Positions 48,821 through 59,283 are shown, counted from the first letter of the stretch. The stretch: DNA of 64,000 nt from Flavobacteriaceae bacterium (GCA_965662485.1 CBFIIL010000003.1:1144-65143); one strand, 5' to 3'. A program made the numbers and translations. The notes: generated by a model from the sequence alone, not told the origin.

Positions 48821-51289
48821 TTAGTAATTATCGACATTAATTACCAATCGAATTGGACGAAACAATTTTGTACTCAAGAAACTGTTTTTTACCCGATGAA
48901 TTATCGTTTTTGTTTTTTGTAAAGATTGCTCATCAGGAATTTTAATTAGTATGTTCTTATGATACAAGTTTCTTATCCTTGAAACTGGCGGAAATTCTGG
49001 CCCTAAAACATTTGAACCAAAAAATTGAGACAGTGATTTAGCCAACCAAGCTGCACCTTCATTTACTCTGTTGTAATCTTTGTGTTTTAATGTGATTTTT
49101 ATAATTCTATAATAAGGAGGGTATTTATAAATTCTACGCTGATAGGTTTGTTCGTTAAACATTTTAACATAATCATTCATTGAAACCTGTTGTAAAATAT
49201 TGTGATGCGGATTGTAGGATTGAATAATCACTTTACCTCTTATTTTTGTACGTCCCGCCCTACCCGATACTTGCTGCAAGAGTTGAAAACAGCGTTCATG
49301 AGCTCTAAAATCGGGGAAGTTTATAAGCTGGTCGGTATTGAGCACTCCTACTAACTTTATGTCTCTAAAATCTAGACCTTTTGTAAGCATTTGAGTACCA
49401 ACTAAAATATCTATTTCCTTTTGTTCAAACTTTTGAATAATTCGCTCATAGCTGTACTTTCCACGTGTGGTATCCAAATCCATACGAGCAACTTTTGCTT
49501 CTGGAAAAAGAGTCATGGTTTCTTCTTGAATTTGTTCTGTTCCAAACCCTTTAGTATCTAAATCTACCCCACCACATGCACCGCATTGCTTTTGAGAAAC
49601 AATACTATAGCTACAATAATGACAGCGCAATTGATTTGAATACTGATGATACGTTAAACTCACATCACAATTTGGGCACTCCGGACTATGACCACATGTA
49701 TTACAAGATAGAATTGGCGCATACCCGCGCCTGTTTTGAAATAATATAATTTGATGATTATTGTCCAATGCCTCTTTCATTTCAGAAATAAGACGATCGC
49801 TAAAATGTCCAGTCATTCGCTTTCGTTTGTATTTATCTTTTAAATCCACCAATTCTATTTCTGGAAGAATAACATCGTTGTAACGTTTTGTCAAAGAAAC
49901 ATAACCGTACTTTTGCTGTATAGTAGCATTAAAATAACTTTCAATACTTGGTGTTGCAGATCCTAAAATTGTTTTTGCTTTGTGTAGACCTGCCAAAACA
50001 ATAGCAGTATCCCTAGCATGATAACGTGGGGCGGGATCAAATTGTTTGTATGAGGGCTCATGTTCCTCATCTATTATAACTAAACCAAGATTTGAAAAGG
50101 GTAAGAATAATGACGACCGCGCTCCTATCACAACCCTAGAACGTTCAGAATTTTGCAACACTCGATTCCAAATTTCTACTCGTTCATTTGGATTGAAGCG
50201 CGAATGATAAACTTCTATTTGATCTCCAAAAAAATGCTTTAACCTTAAAACCAATTGAGAAGTTAGTGCAATCTCTGGAACCAAGAACAAGGCTTGTTGA
50301 TGATTTTCTAGCGCTTCTTCTATCAATTTTACATAAATTTCAGTCTTTCCAGAAGAGGTTACACCATGAAAAAGGCACACGTCTTTATCGAGAAGTACAG
50401 TTTTTATATTCGATAGAGCATCATTTTGAGCAGCACTAAGAATTACTGTTTTTTTGTGAGCCAATTCATCAAATTTTAATCGGTCTATTTCAATAAAATG
50501 CTCTTCAAAAACACCTTTATCAATCAATGTTTTTATTTGAGCAGAAGAACCACCACTAGTTTTTTTGATTTCAGCTACAGCAACTTTTTCTGAATCTTTT
50601 GATAATGAAAAATAGGCAAGAACAATTTGCTTTTGCTTTTTGGAACGTTGAAGTTGCTCCAAAAGAGCTTCCAAATTATGTTGTTTTGAATAATTGGTAT
50701 GAAGAGTTACACAACGTAGTAGTTTTGGCTTGTACTTCTGAACAAGTTCTTGACTTGTAGTAATCAGATGGGCATCTAGCAAAGGTTTTAAAACTTTAAA
50801 TGTATTTTTATTGTGCAATATTGAGTGTACTTCATCTACAGTTAATCGAGGTTCTTGTTGTAGGGCTTCAATGACAATAAATTGATCATCTGTTAGTGTG
50901 TTTTCATCGAATGAAACTTCTGGATGCAAAGCTATTATAGACTCACTCTGAAGTAACAATGCATTGGGTAAAGCCGCTGATAAAACATCGCCAATAGCAC
51001 ACATATAATATTGAGCAATCCAAGACCAGTGGCGTAATTGGACTTCGTGTATAATGGGTGTTTCGTCTATGATGCTATGAATGGATTTTACATCGTATGC
51101 GGTTGGTGCAGTATTATGAAGTTTAAATACCAAAGCGGTATATATTTTGCGTTTACCAAATGGAACAGCAACGCGCATACCAGGTTTGATAAATTCAAAT
51201 TCTGCTTCTGTAACTGCATATGAAAAATTACGCTCCAAAGGAAGTGGTAATATGACATCTATAAAATAGGAATGATTAATCAGTTGCAT
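48821..51289 (-). CDS. priA: Primosomal protein N'
   Basis: GVTSSGKTE, DEEHE, GSATPS, NRRGY, Cys-rich zinc region, GRAGR. Confidence 0.96.
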   Translation of the reverse strand: MQLINHSYFIDVILPLPLERNFSYAVTEAEFEFIKPGMRVAVPFGKRKIYTALVFKLHNTAPTAYDVKSIHSIIDETPIIHEVQLRHWSWIAQYYMCAIGDVLSAALPNALLLQSESIIALHPEVSFDENTLTDDQFIVIEALQQEPRLTVDEVHSILHNKNTFKVLKPLLDAHLITTSQELVQKYKPKLLRCVTLHTNYSKQHNLEALLEQLQRSKKQKQIVLAYFSLSKDSEKVAVAEIKKTSGGSSAQIKTLIDKGVFEEHFIEIDRLKFDELAHKKTVILSAAQNDALSNIKTVLLDKDVCLFHGVTSSGKTEIYVKLIEEALENHQQALFLVPEIALTSQLVLRLKHFFGDQIEVYHSRFNPNERVEIWNRVLQNSERSRVVIGARSSLFLPFSNLGLVIIDEEHEPSYKQFDPAPRYHARDTAIVLAGLHKAKTILGSATPSIESYFNATIQQKYGYVSLTKRYNDVILPEIELVDLKDKYKRKRMTGHFSDRLISEMKEALDNNHQIILFQNRRGYAPILSCNTCGHSPECPNCDVSLTYHQYSNQLRCHYCSYSIVSQKQCGACGGVDLDTKGFGTEQIQEETMTLFPEAKVARMDLDTTRGKYSYERIIQKFEQKEIDILVGTQMLTKGLDFRDIKLVGVLNTDQLINFPDFRAHERCFQLLQQVSGRAGRTKIRGKVIIQSYNPHHNILQQVSMNDYVKMFNEQTYQRRIYKYPPYYRIIKITLKHKDYNRVNEGAAWLAKSLSQFFGSNVLGPEFPPVSRIRNLYHKNILIKIPDEQSLQKTKTIIHRVKNSFLSTKLFRPIRLVINVDNY

Positions 51290-52215
51290 TTTTGTTTAAG
51301 TTGTTGCAAAGATGCGTTAAGCTCAAAACCGAGCAACAATATAATGGCGTTTAACCATAAATAAAATAACAAAATCAACAATGCTCCAATTGAACCATAT
51401 AACTGATTATAATTTGAAAAATTTTCGATGTAAAAACCAAATAAATACGAATTTAGAAGTACCAAAAGTGTTGTAAATAACGCGCCTACAGAAAAAAATC
51501 GTGACTGTTTGCCATCTTTTGTTCCAAAAAAATAAAGCACTGCAATGATTAAGTAAATCATAACTATAAAAAACAAAAATCTGGAAGCATCTAACCAAAA
51601 TAATTCAGTTGTGGCGTCTTCAATATTCAAGGTATCATACAAGGGATGAATCAAATAAATTTCAGAAAAACCAATACCAATAATGGTAATAATCAAAATT
51701 ATGACCAAAATGATTGAAACACCAAAAGCATAAAGATATTGATTGATAAAACTCCTATTGAATTGTTGATGATATGAATTTTCAAAGCCAGAAAAAACGG
51801 CATTAACTCCATTAGACATCAAAAACATTGAAATAAAAAAAACCGATGAAATAAGCCCACCTCCTCTATTTTTATTGATATTTTCAAAAATATTTTGATT
51901 GAAAAAATCTGAAGTGTTTGGAGGTAAAGAAGCGTCCAAAAAATTAAGAAAATCTGATTGAAATCCTTCAAAAGGAATGTATGGAATCAAGATAATAATA
52001 AACAAAAGAAATGGGAAAATTGCCATAAAAAAACTAAATGCTACTGCACTAGCGCGAATGGTAAGCGCACCATGAATAATCCCTAAAACATACATTTCAA
52101 GAAGATCATAAAGTGAAAGCCCCTCAAGGCCAGGAAGCTTAATGGATTTCAAAATGCGAAGAATCCAACGTAAAACAGGAATTTTTTCTATTTTTTGTTC
52201 AATGGACTTACTCAT
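51280..52215 (-). CDS. YihY/virulence factor BrkB family membrane protein
   Basis: AVAFSFFMAIFP, YNQLYGSIG, LLGFELN. Confidence 0.9.
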   Translation of the reverse strand: MSKSIEQKIEKIPVLRWILRILKSIKLPGLEGLSLYDLLEMYVLGIIHGALTIRASAVAFSFFMAIFPFLLFIIILIPYIPFEGFQSDFLNFLDASLPPNTSDFFNQNIFENINKNRGGGLISSVFFISMFLMSNGVNAVFSGFENSYHQQFNRSFINQYLYAFGVSIILVIILIITIIGIGFSEIYLIHPLYDTLNIEDATTELFWLDASRFLFFIVMIYLIIAVLYFFGTKDGKQSRFFSVGALFTTLLVLLNSYLFGFYIENFSNYNQLYGSIGALLILLFYLWLNAIILLLGFELNASLQQLKQKCN

Positions 52216-53072
52216 TTTACAGCCTTTAAACTGAGGTCCATGTTATAAACAGAATGTGTAAGCGAACCCGAAGAAATAAAATTAACACCACACTCGGCAT
52301 AATGACGTAAAGTTACTTCATTAATACCTCCTGAAGATTCTGTTTGACATTGATTGCCAATAAGTTCGACAGCGTCTTTAGTTTCTTGAATACTAAAATT
52401 ATCAATCAAAATACGATCTGCTCCACCATGTGCCAGAATAGCCCTGATTTCATCCATATCTCTAGCTTCAACAATGATTTTTAAATTGAGTTGATTTGCT
52501 CTAATATACGCTGTTGTTAAATCCAGTGCTGTGGTAACATCACCTGCAAAATCAATATGATTGTCTTTAAGCATAATCATATCGTACAATGCAAAACGAT
52601 GGTTTGCTCCACCACCAATGGTTACTGCCCATTTTTCTAAAGCACGGATACCAGGGGTTGTTTTTCGAGTATCTAAGATTTTAGTACCAGTTCCTTTCAG
52701 CAGGTCTACAAAATAATTTGTTTTTGTTGCAATAGCGCTCATCCGCTGCATTGCATTTAGAACAAGGCGTTCGGCTTTCAAAATAGATTGCTGAGGACCA
52801 ACAACCTCAAAGGCGATATCACCAAATTTGACAGCAGTTCCGTCATTAATATGCGCTTTCATCCGTAGTTTTGGATCAACATATTTAAAAACTTGACGTG
52901 CAAATTCTACACCTGCCAATATTCCTTTGTCTTTTACCAATAAATGTGCTTTGCCAAAAGTATGTTCTGGAATACAAGCCAATGAGCTGTGATCACCATC
53001 ACCAACATCTTCACGAATTGCGTTAACGATTATGATATCAATTTCATTTTGGAATGCTTCTGGACTGATCAT
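52212..53072 (-). CDS. nadC: Quinolinate phosphoribosyltransferase
   Basis: EDVGDGD, DTRKTTPG, KDNH, SSGGI; likely start MISPE at 53072. Confidence 0.95.
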   Translation of the reverse strand: MISPEAFQNEIDIIIVNAIREDVGDGDHSSLACIPEHTFGKAHLLVKDKGILAGVEFARQVFKYVDPKLRMKAHINDGTAVKFGDIAFEVVGPQQSILKAERLVLNAMQRMSAIATKTNYFVDLLKGTGTKILDTRKTTPGIRALEKWAVTIGGGANHRFALYDMIMLKDNHIDFAGDVTTALDLTTAYIRANQLNLKIIVEARDMDEIRAILAHGGADRILIDNFSIQETKDAVELIGNQCQTESSGGINEVTLRHYAECGVNFISSGSLTHSVYNMDLSLKAVK

Positions 53073-53155
53073 TTTGATTTTGTTTAAAGCTAAATTAAGA
53101 ATTTGAACCATTAAAAATAAAAAAATACCATGTAATTTATGATTAACTTTGATAC

Positions 53156-53629
53156 ATGAAAATTAAACTGCTAACCATTGGAAAAACAGACGATGCAGAA
53201 CTAGCGCATTTGATTCAAAAATATGAGTCAAGACTGAAGCATTATATTCAATTTTCACTAGAAATTATTCCTGATTTAAAAAATACCAAAAACCTAACGA
53301 AGGAAGTTCAAAAGGAAAAAGAAGGTGATTTGATTTTAAGTAAAATTTCTACTTCAGATCGGATGGTGCTTTTGGACGAAAATGGAACTTCTTTTGACTC
53401 AATAGAGTTTTCTAAATTCTTACAAAAACAGATGAATTCAGGAATAAAACAGTTGGTTTTTGTTATAGGTGGTCCTTATGGTTTCTCAGAAAAAATATAC
53501 GAAAAATCACAGAGAAAAATTTCACTTTCAAAAATGACTTTCTCACATCAAATGGTACGTTTGTTTGCAGTAGAACAAATTTACAGAGGATTTACGATCT
53601 TAAAAAATGAACCTTATCACCACCAATAA
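53156..53629 (+). CDS. rlmH: 23S rRNA pseudouridine-1915 N3-methyltransferase
   Basis: FVIGGPYG, SLSKMTFSHQMVR, EQIYR, PYHH. Confidence 0.96.
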   Translation: MKIKLLTIGKTDDAELAHLIQKYESRLKHYIQFSLEIIPDLKNTKNLTKEVQKEKEGDLILSKISTSDRMVLLDENGTSFDSIEFSKFLQKQMNSGIKQLVFVIGGPYGFSEKIYEKSQRKISLSKMTFSHQMVRLFAVEQIYRGFTILKNEPYHHQ

Positions 53630-53634
53630 ATATT

Positions 53635-54216
53635 ATGATTGAAATAGTTTTTGCAACAAATAACCCAAATAAACTTGAAGAAGTTCAAGCACAATTGCCA
53701 AAGGAAATTAAACTCATAAGCCTAGGAGATATTGGTTGTACAGAAGATATTCCTGAAACACAAAACACAATTGAGGGCAATGCTATTCAAAAGGCAAATT
53801 ATATCAAATCTAAATACCATTTAGATTGCTTTGCAGATGACACTGGACTTGAAGTTGAGATCTTAGATGGTGCGCCAGGTGTACACTCTGCAAGATATGC
53901 AGGTCCACAAAAAAATTCTGAAGACAACATGAATAAACTTCTCTATGCTTTGGAAAACAAAGCAAACAGACGAGCACAATTTAAAACTGTTATTGCATTA
54001 CATTACAATAGTGAATTGCTATTGTTTGAAGGCATTTGTAAAGGAGAGATTACTCAAGAAAAAGTAGGAACTGGAGGTTTTGGCTACGACCCTATATTCA
54101 AACCTTTTGGGAAACAAAATACCTTTGCTGAACTCTCGATGTTGGAAAAAAATAAAATTGGTCATAGAGGTCGAGCTGTTGCACAATTGATTCAATTTTT
54201 TAAAAACAACCATTAA
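53635..54216 (+). CDS. rdgB: Non-canonical purine NTP pyrophosphatase (RdgB/HAM1)
   Basis: ATNNPNK, ADDTGL, PGVHSARY, GFGYDPIF; terminal motif is GHR rather than the usual SHR. Confidence 0.92.
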   Translation: MIEIVFATNNPNKLEEVQAQLPKEIKLISLGDIGCTEDIPETQNTIEGNAIQKANYIKSKYHLDCFADDTGLEVEILDGAPGVHSARYAGPQKNSEDNMNKLLYALENKANRRAQFKTVIALHYNSELLLFEGICKGEITQEKVGTGGFGYDPIFKPFGKQNTFAELSMLEKNKIGHRGRAVAQLIQFFKNNH

Positions 54217-54245
54217 ATTAATAAATTAACGTACCTTTGCCGCAA

Positions 54246-54312
54246 ATCCTCAGGGTGAGGATGTGTTACAAGAAGTATGATAAATTGGTTCGATACGCTT
54301 CTAAGGTAACAC
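54246..54312 (+). ncRNA. Candidate structured 5' leader of DEAD-box helicase gene
   Basis: Follows TACCTTTG promoter (54232-54239); hairpins ATCCTCA/TGAGGAT and GTGTTAC..AGAAG/CTTCT..GTAACAC. Confidence 0.45.
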
Positions 54313-54339
54313 CTAATCGCACATCGAATACACATACGA

Positions 54340-56136
54340 ATGAACACATTCCAACAACTTGGTCTTGAAGACCATTTGCTTCAAGCCATCATTGATCTTG
54401 GTTTTGAAACACCAAGCGAAGTTCAACAAAAAGCAATTCCAACACTTCTTTCAGAAGAAAATGACCTTGTAGCACTCGCTCAAACAGGGACAGGAAAAAC
54501 AGCAGCATTTGGGTTTCCAATGCTCCAAAAAATTGATGTAAATAGCCGAACAACTCAAGGGCTTATTCTCTCGCCAACACGTGAATTGTGTTTACAAATC
54601 ACAAACGAGCTTAAACTTTATGGAAAATACTGTAAAGGTTTAAACGTCACGGCAATCTATGGTGGTGCAAGTATTACAGAACAAGCTAAAAACGTAAAAC
54701 GAGGAGCGCAAATAATTGTAGCCACACCTGGTCGTATGAAAGATATGATTAGCAGACGTTTGGTTGATATTTCAAAAATTGACTATGCAGTTTTAGATGA
54801 AGCTGATGAAATGCTCAATATGGGTTTTTTCGAAGATATAAAGGCTATTTTATCACATACACCACAAGAAAAATCGACATGGTTGTTTTCGGCAACTATG
54901 CCAAAAGAGGTTTCTATAATTGCAAAAAAATTCATGCTAAGCCCAACAGAAATAACTGTTGGACATAAAAACACAGGAAGCAAAAACGTTTCTCACGAAT
55001 ATTATTTAGTAGGATCAAGAGATCGTTATGCGGCTCTAAAGCGATTAGCAGATGCCAATCCAAGTATTTTTTCTGTGATTTTTTGTAGAACAAAACGTGA
55101 TACTCAAAAAGTTGCAGAAAAACTTATTGAAGATGGTTATAATGCTGGGGCTTTACATGGTGATTTGAGTCAAAATCAACGTGACTTGGTAATGAAATCT
55201 TTTAGAAATAAACAAATTCAAATGCTTGTAGCAACAGATGTTGCAGCCCGTGGAATTGACGTTGATGACATTACACATGTTATCAATTATCAACTTCCTG
55301 ATGAAATAGAAACTTACACCCACCGAAGTGGTCGTACTGGGCGCGCAGGAAAATCTGGTGTTTCCATGGTAATTATCACCAAAAGTGAACAACGCAAAAT
55401 CAAAACGATTGAAAAAATTATTCAAAAATCATTTGTAAAAAAAGATGTACCAGATGGTATGGAAATTTGTGAGGTTCAATTAAAAGCATTAGCCCACAAA
55501 ATTCATGACACAGAAATCAATCATGAAATTGACCCTTTTCTTGAAGAGATAAATTTATTACTTGAAGATACTAGCAAAGAAGAACTCATCAAAAAGTTTT
55601 TTTCTGTTGAATTTACACGCTTTTTTAATTACTATAAAAATGCTAAAAATCTAAACTCACCAAAAGGCAGTGATTCATTTTCGGAAGGAAAACAAGACGA
55701 TCAATCGGCACGTTTCTTTATCAATATTGGTAAAAAAGACGGTTACGATTGGATGAGTATGAAAGATTTTCTTAGGGACGCGCTTGAACTTAAACAAGAT
55801 GATGTTTTTAAAGTTGATGTAAAAGATAGTTTTTCGTTTTTCAATACTGAAACTATTCATATGCCAAAAGTCTTGGAATTTTTTACTGATTTTAAGCAAA
55901 ATGGACGCTATATCAACGTTGAAATTACAGAGAAAAAAGAACGTAGAGGCAATCGTAGGTTTGGAAAACAAAAAGGTGGGCGCTCTAGAAGAAAAGACGA
56001 ATTTAGATCGGAAAGTAGAGGAGGTAGAAAAAAGGAAAGAAGAAATGAAAATACTGGCCGTTCGCCACGCAGATCGTCTGACTTTAAACCGCAAGGAAGT
56101 GGCTCCTCAAGACCCAGAAGAAACAGAAGAAAATAG
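54340..56136 (+). CDS. deaD: DEAD-box RNA helicase, DeaD/CsdA-like with DbpA-type C-terminal domain
   Basis: AQTGTGKT, PTREL, DEAD, SAT, HRSGRTGRAG; Arg/Gly-rich tail. Confidence 0.9.
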   Translation: MNTFQQLGLEDHLLQAIIDLGFETPSEVQQKAIPTLLSEENDLVALAQTGTGKTAAFGFPMLQKIDVNSRTTQGLILSPTRELCLQITNELKLYGKYCKGLNVTAIYGGASITEQAKNVKRGAQIIVATPGRMKDMISRRLVDISKIDYAVLDEADEMLNMGFFEDIKAILSHTPQEKSTWLFSATMPKEVSIIAKKFMLSPTEITVGHKNTGSKNVSHEYYLVGSRDRYAALKRLADANPSIFSVIFCRTKRDTQKVAEKLIEDGYNAGALHGDLSQNQRDLVMKSFRNKQIQMLVATDVAARGIDVDDITHVINYQLPDEIETYTHRSGRTGRAGKSGVSMVIITKSEQRKIKTIEKIIQKSFVKKDVPDGMEICEVQLKALAHKIHDTEINHEIDPFLEEINLLLEDTSKEELIKKFFSVEFTRFFNYYKNAKNLNSPKGSDSFSEGKQDDQSARFFINIGKKDGYDWMSMKDFLRDALELKQDDVFKVDVKDSFSFFNTETIHMPKVLEFFTDFKQNGRYINVEITEKKERRGNRRFGKQKGGRSRRKDEFRSESRGGRKKERRNENTGRSPRRSSDFKPQGSGSSRPRRNRRK

Positions 56137-56220
56137 GTTAATTGTTAATTTTAAAACAAAATTTGGGCTGAAATTTGCTATATAAGCTGAGTTTAGTATT
56201 TTTAACTCAACAAATTTTCT

Positions 56221-56988
56221 ATGAAAAAACGCCTATACACTTTCCTCTTATTTGCTTTTACACTCTTTAGTTATAGTCAAGACTACTCTGTAGTTAGAGG
56301 AAAAATAGTGAATGCCGCTAATGACGAACCCATGGAAAATGTGAATATCGTCAATCTCAATCAAGTTTATGGAACTTCCACCGATATTGAAGGTGAATTT
56401 GAAATCAATGCAAAAGCAAATGATACTTTACACCTTTCTTTTTTGGGCTTTAAATCTATTAAAGTTAGAGTAACAAACGACTGGATTAATTTTGGGAACA
56501 CTACAACAATTGAACTCACAGAGCTTGCACTAGCTTTAGAAGAAGTTGTAGTCAATAAATTAAAACTTACAGGCTATTTAGAAGTTGACATCAAACAAGT
56601 TCCTATTCAAAAAAATATACGTTATAGCATATCTGGGCTCAATACTGGATATGAGTCTAGTCCACGATCGCCAAGTATGGTCACCAAAGTTTTGGGCGCC
56701 ATATTCAATCCTGCGGATTTCTTGTATAATATTTTTGGAAAAAAACCTCGCGAAATGAAAAAACTTCGCAAAATGAAAAAACAAGAGGAAATTCGAAACA
56801 TTCTTTCTTCTCGATTCGACAGAGAAATGCTAACCGCATTACTGCAAGTCGATAAGGTTGATTTAGAACTTCTTATTAGTGAATGCAATTACTCCGATGA
56901 TTTTATTAGAACTGCAAACGACCTTCAAATTCTTGACGCCATAAGCGAATGCTATGAAGAATATAAAATTCTTAGTAAAGGACGTTAA
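56221..56988 (+). CDS. Exported protein with carboxypeptidase-regulatory-like domain
   Basis: Signal peptide SYS-Q; GTSTDIEGEF, LSFLGFKS, LEEVVV. Confidence 0.8.
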   Translation: MKKRLYTFLLFAFTLFSYSQDYSVVRGKIVNAANDEPMENVNIVNLNQVYGTSTDIEGEFEINAKANDTLHLSFLGFKSIKVRVTNDWINFGNTTTIELTELALALEEVVVNKLKLTGYLEVDIKQVPIQKNIRYSISGLNTGYESSPRSPSMVTKVLGAIFNPADFLYNIFGKKPREMKKLRKMKKQEEIRNILSSRFDREMLTALLQVDKVDLELLISECNYSDDFIRTANDLQILDAISECYEEYKILSKGR

Positions 56989-57170
56989 GTTTGAGAATTT
57001 AAAAAAAGTTAAAAAATGTTTTGGGGTTTAACATTTTTTTATACATTTATGGTGTTAATGTTTGCCCCCAATCATGAACAACAACCGAAACTTCACACAT
57101 TTGGTTTCAACTTTTTTTCTTTTTGAGGGCGGTATTATTAAAAAATCAATAATAACTAAATCAAAATATT

Positions 57171-57422
57171 ATGGAAATTATTAGCACTTTAGTAATAGGA
57201 GCGATAGCTGGATGGCTTGGCAGTTCAATATTTAAAGGTAGTAGCCTTGGACTTATTGGAAATATCATTGTTGGTATTATTGGTAGTTTTGTTGGGAGCT
57301 GGTCTTTAGGAAAACTTGGCGTAAGTTTAGGCTCAGGTTGGGTTGGTGCTATTTTGACAGGTGCAGTTGGAGCACTAATAATATTATTTCTTCTTAATTT
57401 GATTTTCAAAAAACGGGTATAA
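57171..57422 (+). CDS. GlsB/YeaQ/YmgE stress-response membrane protein
   Basis: IGAIAGWLG, GLIGNIIVGIIGSFVG Gly-rich TM pattern. Confidence 0.88.
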   Translation: MEIISTLVIGAIAGWLGSSIFKGSSLGLIGNIIVGIIGSFVGSWSLGKLGVSLGSGWVGAILTGAVGALIILFLLNLIFKKRV

Positions 57423-57524
57423 GTCAAGAATAACCCTGCTTGACTTTCTTAGCCCCAATGCACACAATCTGTATGAAAATATGGTGCGTGTGCATTTTTT
57501 TTTAAATTTGTATAAATTTTAATT

Positions 57525-57923
57525 ATGCATCCATTTATAAAAAGCGGTTTAGCAGTTCTTGCAGGAATTTTTGTTGGAGGAATTGTGAATTTTGGTATTA
57601 TTATTCTTAGCAGTTCTATTATCCCACCACCAAATGGTGTGGATGTTTCTAATATTGAAAGTATAAAAACTAATATTCATCTATACAAACCAATTCATTT
57701 TCTATTTCCTTTTTTGGCTCATGCACTTGGTACTTTTTCTGGAGCAGTTTTAGCAATAAAAATTTCAAAACAAACAAAAATAGCATACATGGTAGCACTT
57801 GTATTCTTATATGGAGGCATTTCTATGATTACACAAGTGCCTAGTCCCATGTGGTTTACAGTACTAGATCTTGGACTTGGTTATATCCCAATGGCTTGGT
57901 TGGCTACAAAAATTTCGAGCTAG
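57525..57923 (+). CDS. Hypothetical membrane protein
   Basis: Four hydrophobic segments; IIPPPNGVD, PFLAHALG. Confidence 0.7.
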   Translation: MHPFIKSGLAVLAGIFVGGIVNFGIIILSSSIIPPPNGVDVSNIESIKTNIHLYKPIHFLFPFLAHALGTFSGAVLAIKISKQTKIAYMVALVFLYGGISMITQVPSPMWFTVLDLGLGYIPMAWLATKISS

Positions 57924-59167
57924 AGGCCTTTATTTTTTGCTTCAATCCACTTCGAAAAATATTTTGAACTTTGCATAGTGTGGTGCTGAAGTAAAATACC
58001 TGTAAAGTTTTTTATTCTGTGGGAATCCAAATTATTCTCTAAATATTGTATTCTTTCAATAAAAACTGAATAAAATCTTTCTGTCATAAATCTTTTTCTT
58101 AATGTCAAAAAACCAATATTTTGTGCAGACTCCCAAAGGTTTTTATTTGTGTATAGTTCAATTGCTTTCTCAATAAAATTATCTTCATCATTAGAAACAT
58201 GATTGTTATAATCGCAAGACTCAAAAATACCCTCAGCTGCAATTTCTGATAAAACACAGGGGGTTCCGTTGCGTATTGCATCTATAACTTTTCCTTTAAG
58301 ACCCGCTCCAAATTTAATTGGTGCCAATAGAACCCTAGAGGATAAAAGTACTTTATCTATATTCTCAACAAAACCATGGACAAAAAAGTTTTCTTTTTTG
58401 TTGGATAGACACAAATGTTGTGTTTTTGGATAAGAACCATAAATATTTAAAAATGCGTCAGGACATTTTTTTCTTAGTTTTGGCCAAATGTGCTTTTTTA
58501 AATATGTAACTGTATCTGCGTTTGGAGGATGAATAAAACTACCTACAAAAACAAAATCCTTGCGATTTTCAAAATCTGGCAACTCTTGCTGAGTTAGTAT
58601 TTGATTGAATTCTAAAAGAAAGGGTAAATACAGTATTAACGAAGTATCTATATTCAATTCCTTAGATAAAATATCAAACTCAACTTCAGAGATAATTAAA
58701 GATAAATCGCATCTGTAAATACTTGCCAATTCTCTTTTAGCGATATCATTTTTTAAAAAATCTTTTGAAAATTCAGTCGTTTTCAAATTTGCAATCTTTC
58801 GAGCTTTCCTTAAAAAATGAAGATCCTCTGTATCTAAAATGCGAATAGCTTTTGGGCAACAATTTGTGACGCGCCAACCAAATTGTTCTTCTGTTATAAA
58901 GCGATCAAATACAACACAATGCGGATTTAAATCTTTTATATATTCATCAAAACTGATATCATTCAGTTTGAGATTTATAGTTTTTACACCAATAGAATTT
59001 AGGTCAAAAGAATTTAAAGAATGTTTTGATGCAGATCCAAAAACAACATAAAAGCCTTGATTTTGGAAAAATTTTATCAATTGCAATATCCTTGTGCCAG
59101 CCGCTGTAGATTTTGGCTCTGGAAACACAGTTCCAATAAAAAAAACAATGGGAGATTTTGACCTCAA
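57920..59167 (-). CDS. Glycosyltransferase (GT-B, GT4-like)
   Basis: PEPKSTAAG, LDTEDLHFLR, GSFIHPPN, APIKFGAGLKGK. Confidence 0.85.
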   Translation of the reverse strand: MRSKSPIVFFIGTVFPEPKSTAAGTRILQLIKFFQNQGFYVVFGSASKHSLNSFDLNSIGVKTINLKLNDISFDEYIKDLNPHCVVFDRFITEEQFGWRVTNCCPKAIRILDTEDLHFLRKARKIANLKTTEFSKDFLKNDIAKRELASIYRCDLSLIISEVEFDILSKELNIDTSLILYLPFLLEFNQILTQQELPDFENRKDFVFVGSFIHPPNADTVTYLKKHIWPKLRKKCPDAFLNIYGSYPKTQHLCLSNKKENFFVHGFVENIDKVLLSSRVLLAPIKFGAGLKGKVIDAIRNGTPCVLSEIAAEGIFESCDYNNHVSNDEDNFIEKAIELYTNKNLWESAQNIGFLTLRKRFMTERFYSVFIERIQYLENNLDSHRIKNFTGILLQHHTMQSSKYFSKWIEAKNKGL

Positions 59168-59283
59168 ATTTTGGATAGATTATTTTTAACACTCAAAAAT
59201 AGGAATTAATCTTATCATCTGCTCAACAAATTAAAATCTTAGAACGAAAAGTGATATCTTTGCATTTTTAAAATGCAATCTTT

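Noticed and set aside
57053-57064. TGTTAATGTTTG 12-mer identical to part of the photolyase-cluster box
   Set aside because: The match stops after 12 nt and there is no -7 element at the conserved spacing; likely chance in AT-rich DNA.
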